From Eledone cirrhosa (Eukaryota), in NCBI GenBank assembly GCA_964016885.1, contig OZ024760.1, forward strand, positions 17,298,001-17,362,000: a stretch of 64,000 bases of DNA. Reading direction: 5' to 3'. The translations under genes were made by a program, and so were the position numbers. Shown here piece after piece: positions 53,888-64,000 of this stretch. Numbering within the stretch: the stretch's first letter is position 1; each line of letters begins with the position of its first letter. The notes under the pieces are model-generated. The model was given only the letters and a program-made list of their open reading frames with translations, did not search any database and had not been told where the DNA came from.

Positions 53888-55121
53888 GAAAAAAACGAGG
53901 AAGTTTTGTTTACATATGAAAAATATTTATTGCGTATCGACCTGTTACACGTGTTTCACCGAGGATTGGCTCAAGGTGACCCATAGGAGTTATGGACCCA
54001 ACTCCAGTATCGATCTGCTCCCCACACTACACTATATCATCATCATCATCAGCATCATCATCGTTTAATGTCCATCTTCCACGCTAGCATGGGTTAGACG
54101 GTTTTGTTCCATTTGATGCGGGAATGGTCGGGAGACCGTTTCTCGCTCGCACGGAAGCCTCTCTGGCAGGTTTTTTTTTTACAGCTGGGCGCCCTTCCTA
54201 ACACCAACCACATTTGCAGTGTGGACTGGGCGCTTCTTGACCGTGTCTCCTTACAGTGTAGACTGTTGTGTCATCGACACAGTGGATGAAATGGGAGAGG
54301 GAGGGAGGGTGGGGTAGGGTGTGGTATATACACATATATACACACATATATGCACACATATATACACAAATATTTGCATGCACATGCACATATAATAACA
54401 CACATGATGTTTTTTCTGTCATTTAGCTGTTTTTTCTGTCATTTAGCTGTATGTTTATGTGTTTGTGTGTGTATAAATGTGTGTGTGTGTGTGTGTGTGT
54501 GTGCTGATTTCACTGCCCCCCCCCCCCCCCCCCCCCTCTCTCCCCACTGTGTCTCCATCTCATATGGTCTGATCTGCTGATCTTGTTGTCTACTATAGTG
54601 TAAGAGAGTTGAGTCTAAAAGTCAATGTACAGATTCCCCACCGCCATCACCATCACCCCCACCACATCATACCACCAACCGCACCACTACATCACCCCCA
54701 CCCCACCCCACCACCACTACACCACCACCACCACCACCACCACTACAATGTTTGACAGTGCACTCAGAGATAAAATACATGAGATAACTGTGTTGTTGTT
54801 GTTGTTGTTGTTATTACACTGGCCATCCAAAACAACAACAACAACAACAACAACAATATAGTTAGGTCTAAGTCAGCTGACCTCCACCCAGAGCACCAGG
54901 TACTGTTGTCTCAGCCACAACAACAACAGCTATTATATAAACTACAAACACCTTTTCCCTTACTCTCAGTAGAATCGGTAGAACATAAGTCAATATTGCT
55001 TTGTGGCACAGAGTTACGGTCCTTTACGTTCTGAGTCCAAATCCCGCCGAGGTTAACTTTGCCTTTCATCCTTACAGAGTTGATAAAATAAAGTAGCAGT
55101 AATGCACTGGGGTCGATTTAA

Positions 55122-55316
55122 CCCTTTAGCATTTCCATCACTCTATATATATACTGTTGTATTTTCACAGTAAAGGCTTTATCTCACATAATATCGAATC
55201 TATGAGATTTTGAGAACAATACCTTAACATCAGTATGAGTGGCTGGTTACATTCGATTTGAACAGAAAAAGGTGAGGGAATTCTGGCTGGATACAGCCAG
55301 TTTAAATGCTAAACGG
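55122..55316 (+). mobile_element. MITE family A copy inserted in a SINE tail
   Basis: TTAA on both flanks; SINE body to the left, SINE tail to the right. Confidence 0.8.
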
Positions 55317-55498
55317 TTAATGAACTTCTTCCCCCAACTTCTCTTCAAATTGCTGACCTTGTGCCAAATATAAAAGCAATTGAGGTTTTGCATTCCAGAA
55401 TCAATGCTTTGCCAGCCAGGATCTAGTAACACACAGGGGTCGATTTAAACCCCCCTTTAAATTGTTGGCCTTGTGTTAAATATAAAAACAATTATTAA

Positions 55499-55915
55499 CC
55501 CTTTAGAATTTATATTATATATATACTATGGTTGATTGTCAGTATCGGTGGAGGGTCGAACACCATGCTTTGACGCATAGAGTTACGGCCCTTGCCATTC
55601 TGAGTTCAAATCCCGCCGAGGTTAACTTTGCCTTTCATCCTTACGGGGTCGATAAAATAAAGTACCAGTAATGCACTGGGTAATTGCTGGCCTTGTGCCA
55701 AAAGTAGAAACAATTATATATATATACTATTGTATTTCATGATAAAGGCTTTACCTCACATCATTATCTCACATAATATCGAATCTATGAGATTTTATGT
55801 TATTTATTTTGAGAACAATACCTTAACATCAGTATGAGTGGCCAGTTACAGCCAGTTTGAACAAAAAGATATGAAAGAATTCTGGCCGGATATGGCCAGT
55901 TTAAATGCTAAAGGG
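55499..55915 (+). mobile_element. MITE family A copy interrupted by a SINE (55529-55714)
   Basis: TIRs at both ends; TTATATATATACTAT repeated on both sides of the SINE. Confidence 0.75.
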
Positions 55916-56017
55916 TTAAGGTTGTGGAAATCCTATGTCTTATAAATATCTTCATTTCTATTTTCATGCTAAACTATGTTTTGTTTTTTTTATTAATGTT
56001 GCTGTTGTTATTTCCAG

Positions 56018-56129
56018 CCAAAGAAAGAATGCTGACGAACTGAAGATTCACCTGGAAGATATTGTTGTACCTGCATTTTGTACAGCCAGTGTCCACTTTA
56101 CTGAAGATAAGAAACAAAAGTTAACAAAG
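56018..56129 (+). CDS. CHERP: CHERP exon (QRKNADELKIHLEDIVVPAFCTASVHFTEDKKQKLTK)
   Basis: tttccag|C ... AAG|gtaggt; phase 2/0. In frame with the previous exon across a 14-kb intron. Confidence 0.93.
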
Positions 56130-56462
56130 GTAGGTTTCCTTTCACTTATCATCAGATGATGACATCAACAGGCAACCAAGCTCCTAGAAATAGCAGCCAA
56201 ATCTCGCTCACATGAAACCCTATCTTTTTCCTTTTTTTTTTAAACCCTTTCATGACCACATATCTAATGAAATACACTCTATTTTTATTAATTAATGAAG
56301 AATATTTTCAGGGATTTACTAAAATTAATAATTATTTCATTACTAACATAGTAACTTAACCCTTTCAGGACCACATATCTAATGAAATACACTCTATTTT
56401 AATTAATTAATGAAGAATTTTCAGAGAATTACTGAAATTATTAATTATACCATTCCTTGCAG

Positions 56463-56513
56463 TTGTTGAATTTGTGGGACTCCAATAAATATTTTGACAC
56501 TGAAACAATCAGG
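56463..56513 (+). CDS. CHERP: CHERP exon (LLNLWDSNKYFDTETIR)
   Basis: ccttgcag|TTG ... AGG|gtgagt; 51 bp. LLxLW..xxYF ends the CID domain. Confidence 0.92.
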
Positions 56514-56663
56514 GTGAGTATTTCCTTCCTTTTTTTAAAACCTCTAATGTGGAGATTGTGAAACCCCTGGGGATAGTTATCCCCTTTCTGGCTCAAGGGT
56601 TTATGCACTGGTTTATTTTCAACTATTTCATAGGGATAATTTGTATTGTGGCATATTACTTAA

Positions 56664-57064
56664 CCCTTTAGCACATTACTCTATATATACTATTGTATTT
56701 TTGTGGTAAAGGCTTTATATTACATAATTATCTCACATAATATCGAATCTACAAGATATTGATGTTATTTATTTTGAGAACAATACCTTAACGTCAGTAT
56801 GAGCGGCTGGTTACAGCCAGTTTGAACAAAAAGAGGTAAGAGAATTATGGCCAGATACGGCCAGTTTAACCCTTTAGCATTTAAACCGGCCATATCCGGC
56901 CAGAATTCTCTCACCTCTTTCTATTCAAACCGGCTGCTCATACTGATGTTAAGGTATTGTTCTCAAAATAAATAATATCAAAATCTCATAGATTCGAAAT
57001 AATGTGAGATAAAGCCTTTAGTGTGAAAATATAATAGCATATATAGAGTAATGTAAATGCTAAA
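56664..57064. mobile_element. Two MITE family A copies in inverted orientation
   Basis: Plus copy 56664-56865 joined at TTAA to a minus copy 56869-57064. Confidence 0.75.
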
Positions 57065-57083
57065 AAATTTTGAAATCCATATA

Positions 57084-57244
57084 CAAGTAAAATTCTATTA
57101 TAACAAATTTTTCAGTATAATGACATTTGTTTCAATCCTCAGCCACACACTTGATGTGTTAGGTCGATCTCATTATAAAGAGTATTTTGTTACAACAAAT
57201 TTATTTTTACACCCTGTGGATTTCCTTATAATGGAATTTCACTG
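57084..57244 (-). mobile_element. Second copy of the pogo/Tigger-like MITE
   Basis: Reverse-complement similarity to 3579-3746; TA on both flanks. Confidence 0.65.
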
Positions 57245-57270
57245 TATATGTTTGTATATCTATCTATCTC

Positions 57271-57305
<35 letters not shown>

Positions 57306-57458
57306 TCTCTTGGGTCACAAATAATAGAGGGGGAGGGGGAGGTCGGTAATTTTTCTCAGATGTCTCCGTTGATTATTTTAAAAACCAGAATTAGTCATTT
57401 AGTTTACATAGACATCCCCAAACCCATCCTATTTATTTTATATAACATATGAGATTTC

Positions 57459-57735
57459 TAATAATTGTTTCTACTTCTACTTTTGGCACAAGGCCAGCAA
57501 ATACCCAGTGCATTACTGGTACTTTATTCTTTAATAATTGTTTCTACTTTTTGGCACAAGGCCAGCAATTACCCAGTGCATTACTGGTACTTTATTCTTT
57601 AATAATTGTTTCTACTTTTTGGCACAAGGCCAGCAATTACCCAGTGCATTACTGGTACTTTATTCTTTAATAATTGTTTCTACTTTTTGGCACAAGGCCA
57701 GCAATTACCCAGTGCATTACTGGTATTTTATTTTA
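57459..57735 (-). repeat. 68-bp tandem amplification (4 copies) of a SINE 3' end
   Basis: TAATAATTGTTTCTACTTTTTGGCACAAGGCCAGCAATTACCCAGTGCATTACTGGTACTTTATTCTT repeats, running into the SINE body. Confidence 0.9.
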
Positions 57736-58049
57736 TCGACCCCGTAAGGATGAAAGGCAAAGTTAACCTCGGCGGGATTCGAACTCAGAATAATGAGATG
57801 TAATGTTTTTTTAATGACTATAGAAAATTAATTGTTGCGGGAATGCTACCACTTAAAATAACATTTTGCCAGAAATAGATTAGTAAAATTTAATAAGCGA
57901 GGGAGTTGGAAAAAATTTGAAAAATTAATAGTGGTGTAGTGGGTATTATTTGAGGCCTGACAGTATGTATATTTGTATATATGTGTATATATGTGTATAT
58001 GTGTATATATGTGTCTGTCTATACCTAATATTCTCGTCTGTCTTTCCAG

Positions 58050-58088
58050 AAACTGAAAGACCCGGTCGAATCCGTGGCCCACTATCAG
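58050..58088 (+). CDS. CHERP: CHERP small exon (KLKDPVESVAHYQ)
   Basis: tctttccag|AAA ... CAG|gtgagg; 39 bp, phase 0/0. Bridges the CID end to the YQ-ASLITEY block. Confidence 0.85.
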
Positions 58089-58435
58089 GTGAGGAATTCT
58101 GGAGAAATTATATCTTTACTGTATCATTGAAATATATCTTCTTTGGCATCATCATCATCATCATCACCACCATCATCATCATCATCACCACCATCACTGT
58201 CTTAGCCATCATTAACTCCCCTGTCATCACCACAATAAAATGCACCCAGTACACTCTGTAAAATGGTTGGCATTAGAAAGCACATTCAGCCATAGAAACC
58301 ATTTCAAAATATGGAATATATTCCATGAGACTTGGTGTCTGTCCTGTTTTGGACTGTGACAACCTGTCAAACCCATGCTGGCATGGGAAATGGATGTAAA
58401 ATAATGATGATGATGACTACACACACACACACACC

Positions 58436-58469
<34 letters not shown>

Positions 58470-58599
58470 GGTGCTCAACAAAGCAAACAACACAGTACAA
58501 TGAAGAAATATATTAGTTTAACACTTGATATTGTAAGAAAAGAGTCCTTCATCAGAAAAGAGAAAGAGGAAAGAGCAGAAAACAAATTTGGAGGAGGAA

Positions 58600-58630
<31 letters not shown>

Positions 58631-58640
58631 GCCAGTCAGC

Positions 58641-58706
<66 letters not shown>

Positions 58707-58722
58707 GTGTGTACAATTTCAG

Positions 58723-58906
58723 GCCAGCCTTATCACTGAGTATGGTAACTTGGTCACCCAGATTACAGCCGCCATCCAGGGACAGTATGGGCGGCTACAG
58801 AAGCAGCACCAGGACTTTGCTTCACACCTCAACCTTCGGTTGCAGCAGCGACAACAGCAGCTGCAGCTTTTGCAGGAATGTGGTGGACCACCCCCTCAGC
58901 AGTCAG
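58723..58906 (+). CDS. CHERP: CHERP exon (ASLITEYGNLVTQI...LQKQHQDFASHL...)
   Basis: tttcag|GCC ... G|gtagtg; phase 0/1. Helical segment resembles CHERP LxxQHxxFVxxL. Confidence 0.88.
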
Positions 58907-58929
58907 GTAGTGTTTGCAGCATTTGTTAA

Positions 58930-59230
58930 TCTTCTTCTTTTCTTCTCCTTCTTGCTCGAGACAGGGCTGGGGGGGGGTCATCCTAAGCCAGCGATCCCAA
59001 AGCATCGTCGTGCATAGAGCCGACCGGGTCCACCAGCGCCCTTCATCACTGGTGGTCCTGTGTTGTCAGCTCCTCTGCATCCTCCAAGATGATGTCGATC
59101 CGCCGGAGATCTTCCCTGATGGTATCCAGCCATCTGGTGCGGGGCCTGCCGCAGGGTCACCTCCAGCCTGCAGCCGTTGCGTCGAACGGGAGTAAGGCCC
59201 TGGTAGGATTATCTGGTGGAAAGCAGAAGA
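58930..59230 (-). mobile_element. RTE-type LINE 3' end with (AAG)n tail
   Basis: Minus strand reads GWR*PCGRPRTRWLDTIREDL... and ends in AAG repeats next to the CHERP donor site. Confidence 0.7.
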
Positions 59231-59731
59231 CATGTCTGTACCAGCGCATGAGGTGGGCAGCAGTGAGCTAATGTGTGAGTGCACGCAACACAAATAAGGT
59301 CCAAGCTGTTTATACTGTATTATCGGTGGATTAGCAGTAGAATCGGTAGAACGTCAGACAACATGCTTTGTGGCATTGTGTTGCGGCTCTTTACATTGTT
59401 GCCTTGTGATCTAAGTCAGAAACCCTTATATTTATCATTAGTCAAGCTCCCTACTAAAGTGATAAAATGTCAATAGTTGACATAGTTCTTCTTCTTCTTC
59501 GCCCACTTATTCCCGAGAGGGTCGTTGGGGCCTTTACTGCGTCATCATAGCTATGTCACTGGGTTGTGAGAGTTTTCTAGGGAGCTACAGGTGTCAACAT
59601 TGCTCCGTCTGCCCTAGTAGTTAACCCTTGTTGGTCAAGGGTTGCTTATTTGACATTATTATTGTTAATTTTTTCCTGATTTCCTCTCAACATTTTTTTA
59701 AAGTAATGTCTGATTGTTTCTCTTGTTTCAG

Positions 59732-60126
59732 GTTCTGTTGGACGAGACAATTCCGCACCTCCTCAGTCTGTGCCACCCACAGGTGGGCCACCTCAGGTTC
59801 CTCCTGTTGTACCCCAGCAAGGTGTACCTCCCATACTTCCACCCAACATGCCAAACAGTACAGCATCGCCAGTACCCTCTTGCATGTCCACCTCCACAAG
59901 CATGGCTAACATCAGCCTGCCCCCTCAGCAGCCTCCACCCAACACAAGGCCTGGTCCGACGCAGCCACCAGTGATGCCTGGCAACCCTGGACCACCGCCA
60001 CAGAACATGCCACCTCAAGGCATGCCCCCTCAAGGAATGCCACCCCAAGGAATGGGGCCTGTGTTGCCCCCTTCTGTACATAATACCCTTCCTGGAGCCC
60101 CAAGAGGTGCCGGCCCATTTCCACAG
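59732..60126 (+). CDS. CHERP: CHERP Pro-rich exon (includes MPPQG repeats)
   Basis: tttcag|GT ... CAG|gtaaga; phase 1/0, open frame. Low complexity, so assigned by splice phase and position. Confidence 0.8.
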
Positions 60127-60259
60127 GTAAGACACCCCCAGCTATCTTATATTTTCTACCCATCTACGCTCACATCTGTGTCAACGAGTGGTCCGTGGGT
60201 TAGCGCGTCCTCCCCATTGTGTGGTTAGATATTTCTGCAGCTAGTACAGGTGTTGTTAA

Positions 60260-60678
60260 CCCTTTCATGGCTGCATTTCTAATGAAATAACGCTGTGTTT
60301 TAATTAATTAATTAAGAATTTTGAGGGATTAGGATTTAGTAAAATTATTAGTTATTTCATTTCTAAGATAGTAAACCTTTAGCATTTAAATCAGCTATAT
60401 CTGACCAGAATTCTCTCACCACTTTCTGTTCATACTGGCCAAAACCGGCTGCTCATACTTGTGTTAAGATATTGTTCTCAAAATAAATATCAAAATTTCG
60501 TAGATTCAATATTATGTGAAATAAAGTGTTTATGTGAAAATATGTATATGTAAATGCTAAAGGGTTAATATAAGGCTCTTATATAAAATTATGTTGGAAG
60601 ATTTTAATTTAAATTGAAAACCTTTAAAATGGGTGATTTTATTTCAAAGAACCTGGGCCAGGTTGGTAACTAAAGGGT
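60260..60678 (-). mobile_element. TTAA-flanked MITE family B carrying a nested family A copy (about 60375-60564)
   Basis: TTAA|CCCTTTCATGGCTGCATTTCTAATGAAA ... AACTAAAGGG|TTAA. Left end is the reverse complement of the 48-bp minisatellite motif. Confidence 0.6.
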
Positions 60679-60902
60679 TAAAATAGGTGGCTTTATTTCA
60701 TATAACTAGGGTCAGTTATGTAGAGGGCTGTAACTACGGGGTCGATAAAATAAAGTACCAGTAATGCACTGGGGGTTGATTTAATCACTTTTCCCCTCTT
60801 CACCAAATTGTTGACCTGGTGCCTAAATCAGAAATCATCGTTATTATTATTATTATTATTATCTCTATATCATTATTAATGTTGTTGTTATTCATATTCC
60901 AG

Positions 60903-61659
60903 GGCCCGCCTCCCAATATGCAGCAACCAGGCTCACATGTGGCTAGTGGAACAGGTGGGGCCAATACCAGTGGACCACCTCCAAACTTTGCACCTCCTAA
61001 TTTTGGTGGTCCACCCCCACCATTTGGCCCACCTATGCCAAACTATCATAGCCGACCACCCATGCCTGGCCCTGGCGCTGGACCAGGTCCTGGCCCTGGA
61101 CCATCTCAGGGGCCAGGACCCACTCATGGACCCGGTCCCACACATGGTCCTGGTCCTTCCCACGGCCCGGGATCATCCCATGGACCTGGCCCTAACCATG
61201 GACCAGGTCCCACACATGGACCAGTACCCTCCCACGGACCAGGACCTGCCCACGGCCCTGGTCCTTCACACGGCCCTGGTCCTTCACACGGCCCTGGTCC
61301 TTCACATGGCCCAGGTCCATCTCATGGACCCGGGCCAGCACATGGACCTGGTCAGACCCATGGACCACCTCCTGGTCCAGGCCATGGACCAGGTGGTCCA
61401 AGCCATGGATCAGGCCCTCCAACACATGGACCAGGTGCTCCAGTACATGGACCACCTGGCCCTGCTCACGGACCACCTGGCCCTACTCACGGACCACCTG
61501 GCCCTGCTCACGGACCACCTGGCCCTGCTCACGGACCACCTGGCCCAGCTCATGGTCAGGGTCCAAGCCACGGACCTGGTCCAAGCCATGGACCAGGTCC
61601 AGCTCACGGTCCTGCTCCTAACCACCCTCCACCTCCTCAAGTGATTGATTACGGACATG
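60903..61659 (+). CDS. CHERP: CHERP exon with about 26 His-Gly repeats, mostly xHGPGP/xHGPPGP
   Basis: ttccag|GGC ... G|gtaagt; 757 bp, phase 0/1. Synonymous codon variation between repeats indicates a coding sequence. Confidence 0.85.
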
Positions 61660-62043
61660 GTAAGTTAACATACTGTTGTTCTTGTTGTTATCTCATAATT
61701 TGTGCTTATGTTGATGTGTGTGTGTATTGTTATATATGTACTTACATTCGTGTGTGTGTATATATGTAGTTATATCCTTGCGTGTGCGTGTGTAAATGTG
61801 TATATTGTTATGTATGTACTGGCATTCTTCTAAGTGTGTGTGTGTGTGTATGTGTCAATGTGTGTAAGAACTATGTGGATGTGTATGTGTGCAGTTAACT
61901 GCTGTCTGTCTGTTAGTGTGTTTGCATGTGCAGTTATGTGTGTGCGCGTGTGTATGTCCTCCACCATCAGTTCTTTATATGTGTATATATATGTCTTCCA
62001 CCATCAGTTCTCTATGTAACACTATTTCTGTCTTTATTTCCAG

Positions 62044-62246
62044 GTTTGTTACCTCCACTACCCCCAGAGTTCCATGGACCACCCACACCCCACCCGTCAG
62101 CCCCACTTCCAATGCCTGACTTCAGTAAACCACCCCCAGGTTTTCCCCAGGCTCCACCACCAATACCTATGCCCACAGAGATGGATCTCACCCCTTCTGT
62201 CCCTTACTATGAACTCCCAGCTGGATTAATGTCTCTTTTGGTTAAT
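62044..62246 (+). CDS. CHERP: CHERP exon (...PDFSKPPPGF...DLTPSVPYYELPAGLMSLLVN)
   Basis: ttccag|GT ... AAT|gtaagt; phase 1/0. PxVPYxxLPAGLM is a CHERP hallmark (DUF3819 region). Confidence 0.95.
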
Positions 62247-62260
62247 GTAAGTCACTCACA

Positions 62261-62343
<83 letters not shown>

Positions 62344-62346
<3 letters not shown>

Positions 62347-63537
62347 GGTGTGGACGATATTTTATTTTTTAAGATATATTTATCAAACTTGGGTCAGTTT
62401 TTCTTCATGACTTGTTCTTTCGATCTCACTCGAGAAACCCGCCATTGGCTTTGATGATGGCCTCGGAACCGGCTACAGGCCTTCGTCACTGTCCCCCGAC
62501 TTAGGCCCTTAAAGGCTCTTGTGATCCTGGCCTTCAGATCGTCTTTCGTATTGCAGCTAGATCTGTTGGTGTCTCGTTCTACTGCGCCCCACACAAAGAA
62601 GTCGAGGGGGTTGCAGTCAGGCGAGCTGGGAGGCCAGATGTCAGGGGAAGTGTGGTTGACGAAGTTCTCTGACAACCAGGCTTGGGTCTTTCGGCTGGTA
62701 TGGCAGGGCGCTGAGTCTTGCTGCCACACGTACGGCCTACCTGGTCGATCCAGGGCTTTACTACCTCGCTCAGAACGCGGAGGCCCTCAAGGAATAAGTG
62801 AGGTGGCATGACGTCACCTTGACTGCTGACGACACCTAAGACAAATGTTGTCGCTGGAAACTTTGTCTGCATGACTCTGGGCACGTCTTTGGATGAGACA
62901 GCGAGCCACCTGTTGTTCTGGGAGTTGATCTTCTGGTCTTGGCAGAAGTTTTTCTCGTCGGAGAAAAACCACAGCATGTCTGGCTCCAGTGGGTGATTCA
63001 ACTTGTTGATCAGCTTCTTTGCGTGCTTCAGTCGCTTTTCTTGCATTGCCTTTGACAGAAATTGTCCTTTCCTCATCTTGCATGAAACGTAGCGAATGTC
63101 TTCATGTACCACCAGCCTAATGAGCTTTTCATCCACGCCTTTCTCCCTTGCAATGGCACGCATCGACTTGCTAGGTTCATTGTTGATGATATCCTGAACT
63201 TCAGGCATTCTGAAGGCGTCAGATCGTCGATCATGTGTTTTCCTCTCTGATGTTGCTTCGTAGTCGAATCCTGAATCTTCCAATTCCTTTCTGACCTTTT
63301 CCACTATTCTCCTGCTGACGCTGAGAAAGTCTGAAATTTCCTTATTTGTCCTCCAAGAAGAACTCCGTGTCTCTTCCACAAATTTGGAGGTTCAAAATTA
63401 TTCTTAATCAATTATTCTGAAAATAAATAATGGGAATATAGTCACTGTTTTTATGAAGACAAGAGTGACAACGGAAGTAAAAAAAAATTGCATAAAATTA
63501 GCAGTTGAAAATTGCGAACAAATATTGTCCAACCCTG
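62344..63537 (-). mobile_element. Tc1/mariner superfamily DD37D (maT) transposon with frameshifted transposase, inside a CHERP intron
   Basis: TA|CAGGGTGTGGACGATATTT ... AAATATTGTCCAACCCTG|TA termini. ORFs 62579-63379 (WFFSDEKNF) and 62394-62729 (QQDSAPCH...SPDCNPLD); 37 residues counted between the 2nd and 3rd Asp. Confidence 0.92.
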
Positions 63538-63610
63538 TATATACTTCCACACATACATGTTATTCTATCTATATATCTATCTATCATACTCTTTATGTCT
63601 GTCATTCCAG

Positions 63611-63744
63611 TTGGGGGACTGCGATTATAAAGCTCTTGATCCCAAAGACATCAGGTTGCCGCCTCCAATGCCACCAAGTGAGCGACTACTAGCAGCCGTG
63701 GAGGCCTTCTATAGTGCCCCGTCACATGACAGGCCAAGGGACAG
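63611..63744 (+). CDS. CHERP: CHERP exon (LGDCDYKALDPKDIRLPPPMPPSERLLAAVEAFYSAPSHDRPRD); gene continues past the window
   Basis: ttccag|TTG ... AG|gtgagt. Near-identical to the conserved CHERP block as recalled from vertebrate CHERP. Confidence 0.96.
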
Positions 63745-64000
63745 GTGAGTGACCCCTACCTACACACATGTACACACATACATACATACGTTTTTTTTCT
63801 TTTAAACCAGACGTAAAAACAATGATGATGACACACACACATACATACACATATACTTACATAAATGCTTTAAAACGTTTGTGAAAAAAGGACGGTTTAA
63901 GTTATTTTTCAACATATGGAGGCACCTGGCTTAGTGGTTAGAGCATTGGGCTTGCAATCGAAAGGTTGTGAGTTCAATTCTCAAAGGGTGATGTGTTGTT

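Noticed and set aside
53555-53986. Mirror-image ORFs on both strands
   Set aside because: Artefact of the palindrome and the adjacent (TA)n tracts.
60937-61644. Overlapping 235-aa ORF (LALLTDH repeats)
   Set aside because: Shadow frame of the HGP-repeat exon; the splice phases support the Gly/Pro frame.

Overview
Eukaryotic, AT-rich, repeat-saturated DNA. The SINE and MITE repertoire resembles octopus (cephalopod) genomes; this taxonomic call is inference. The only host gene is a + strand CHERP (SCAF6/DAN16) orthologue. Twelve GT-AG exons from 38144 to 63744 splice in frame and encode a Q-rich segment, a CID domain, a Pro/His-Gly-Pro repeat region and the conserved PYYELPAGLM...LDPKDIRLPPPMPPSERLLAAVEAFY block. 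The SURP exon(s) and the C-terminus are not in the window. The rest is intronic or intergenic: microsatellites (which generate nearly all listed ORFs), several minisatellites, a 7-kb 53-bp satellite, tRNA-headed SINEs, RTE LINE fragments, TTAA- and TA-targeting MITEs and a degenerate DD37D (maT) transposon. The strongest unexplained signal is about 10 minimal type I hammerhead-ribozyme motifs from several sequence-unrelated small elements, probably Penelope-like. Many sit in fold-back inverted repeats, and five loci share a covarying bulged hairpin (RCTC-stem-TY-GAGY-NCT) just beyond the point where the inverted and solo copies end. All calls were made by eye, so repeat boundaries are approximate.
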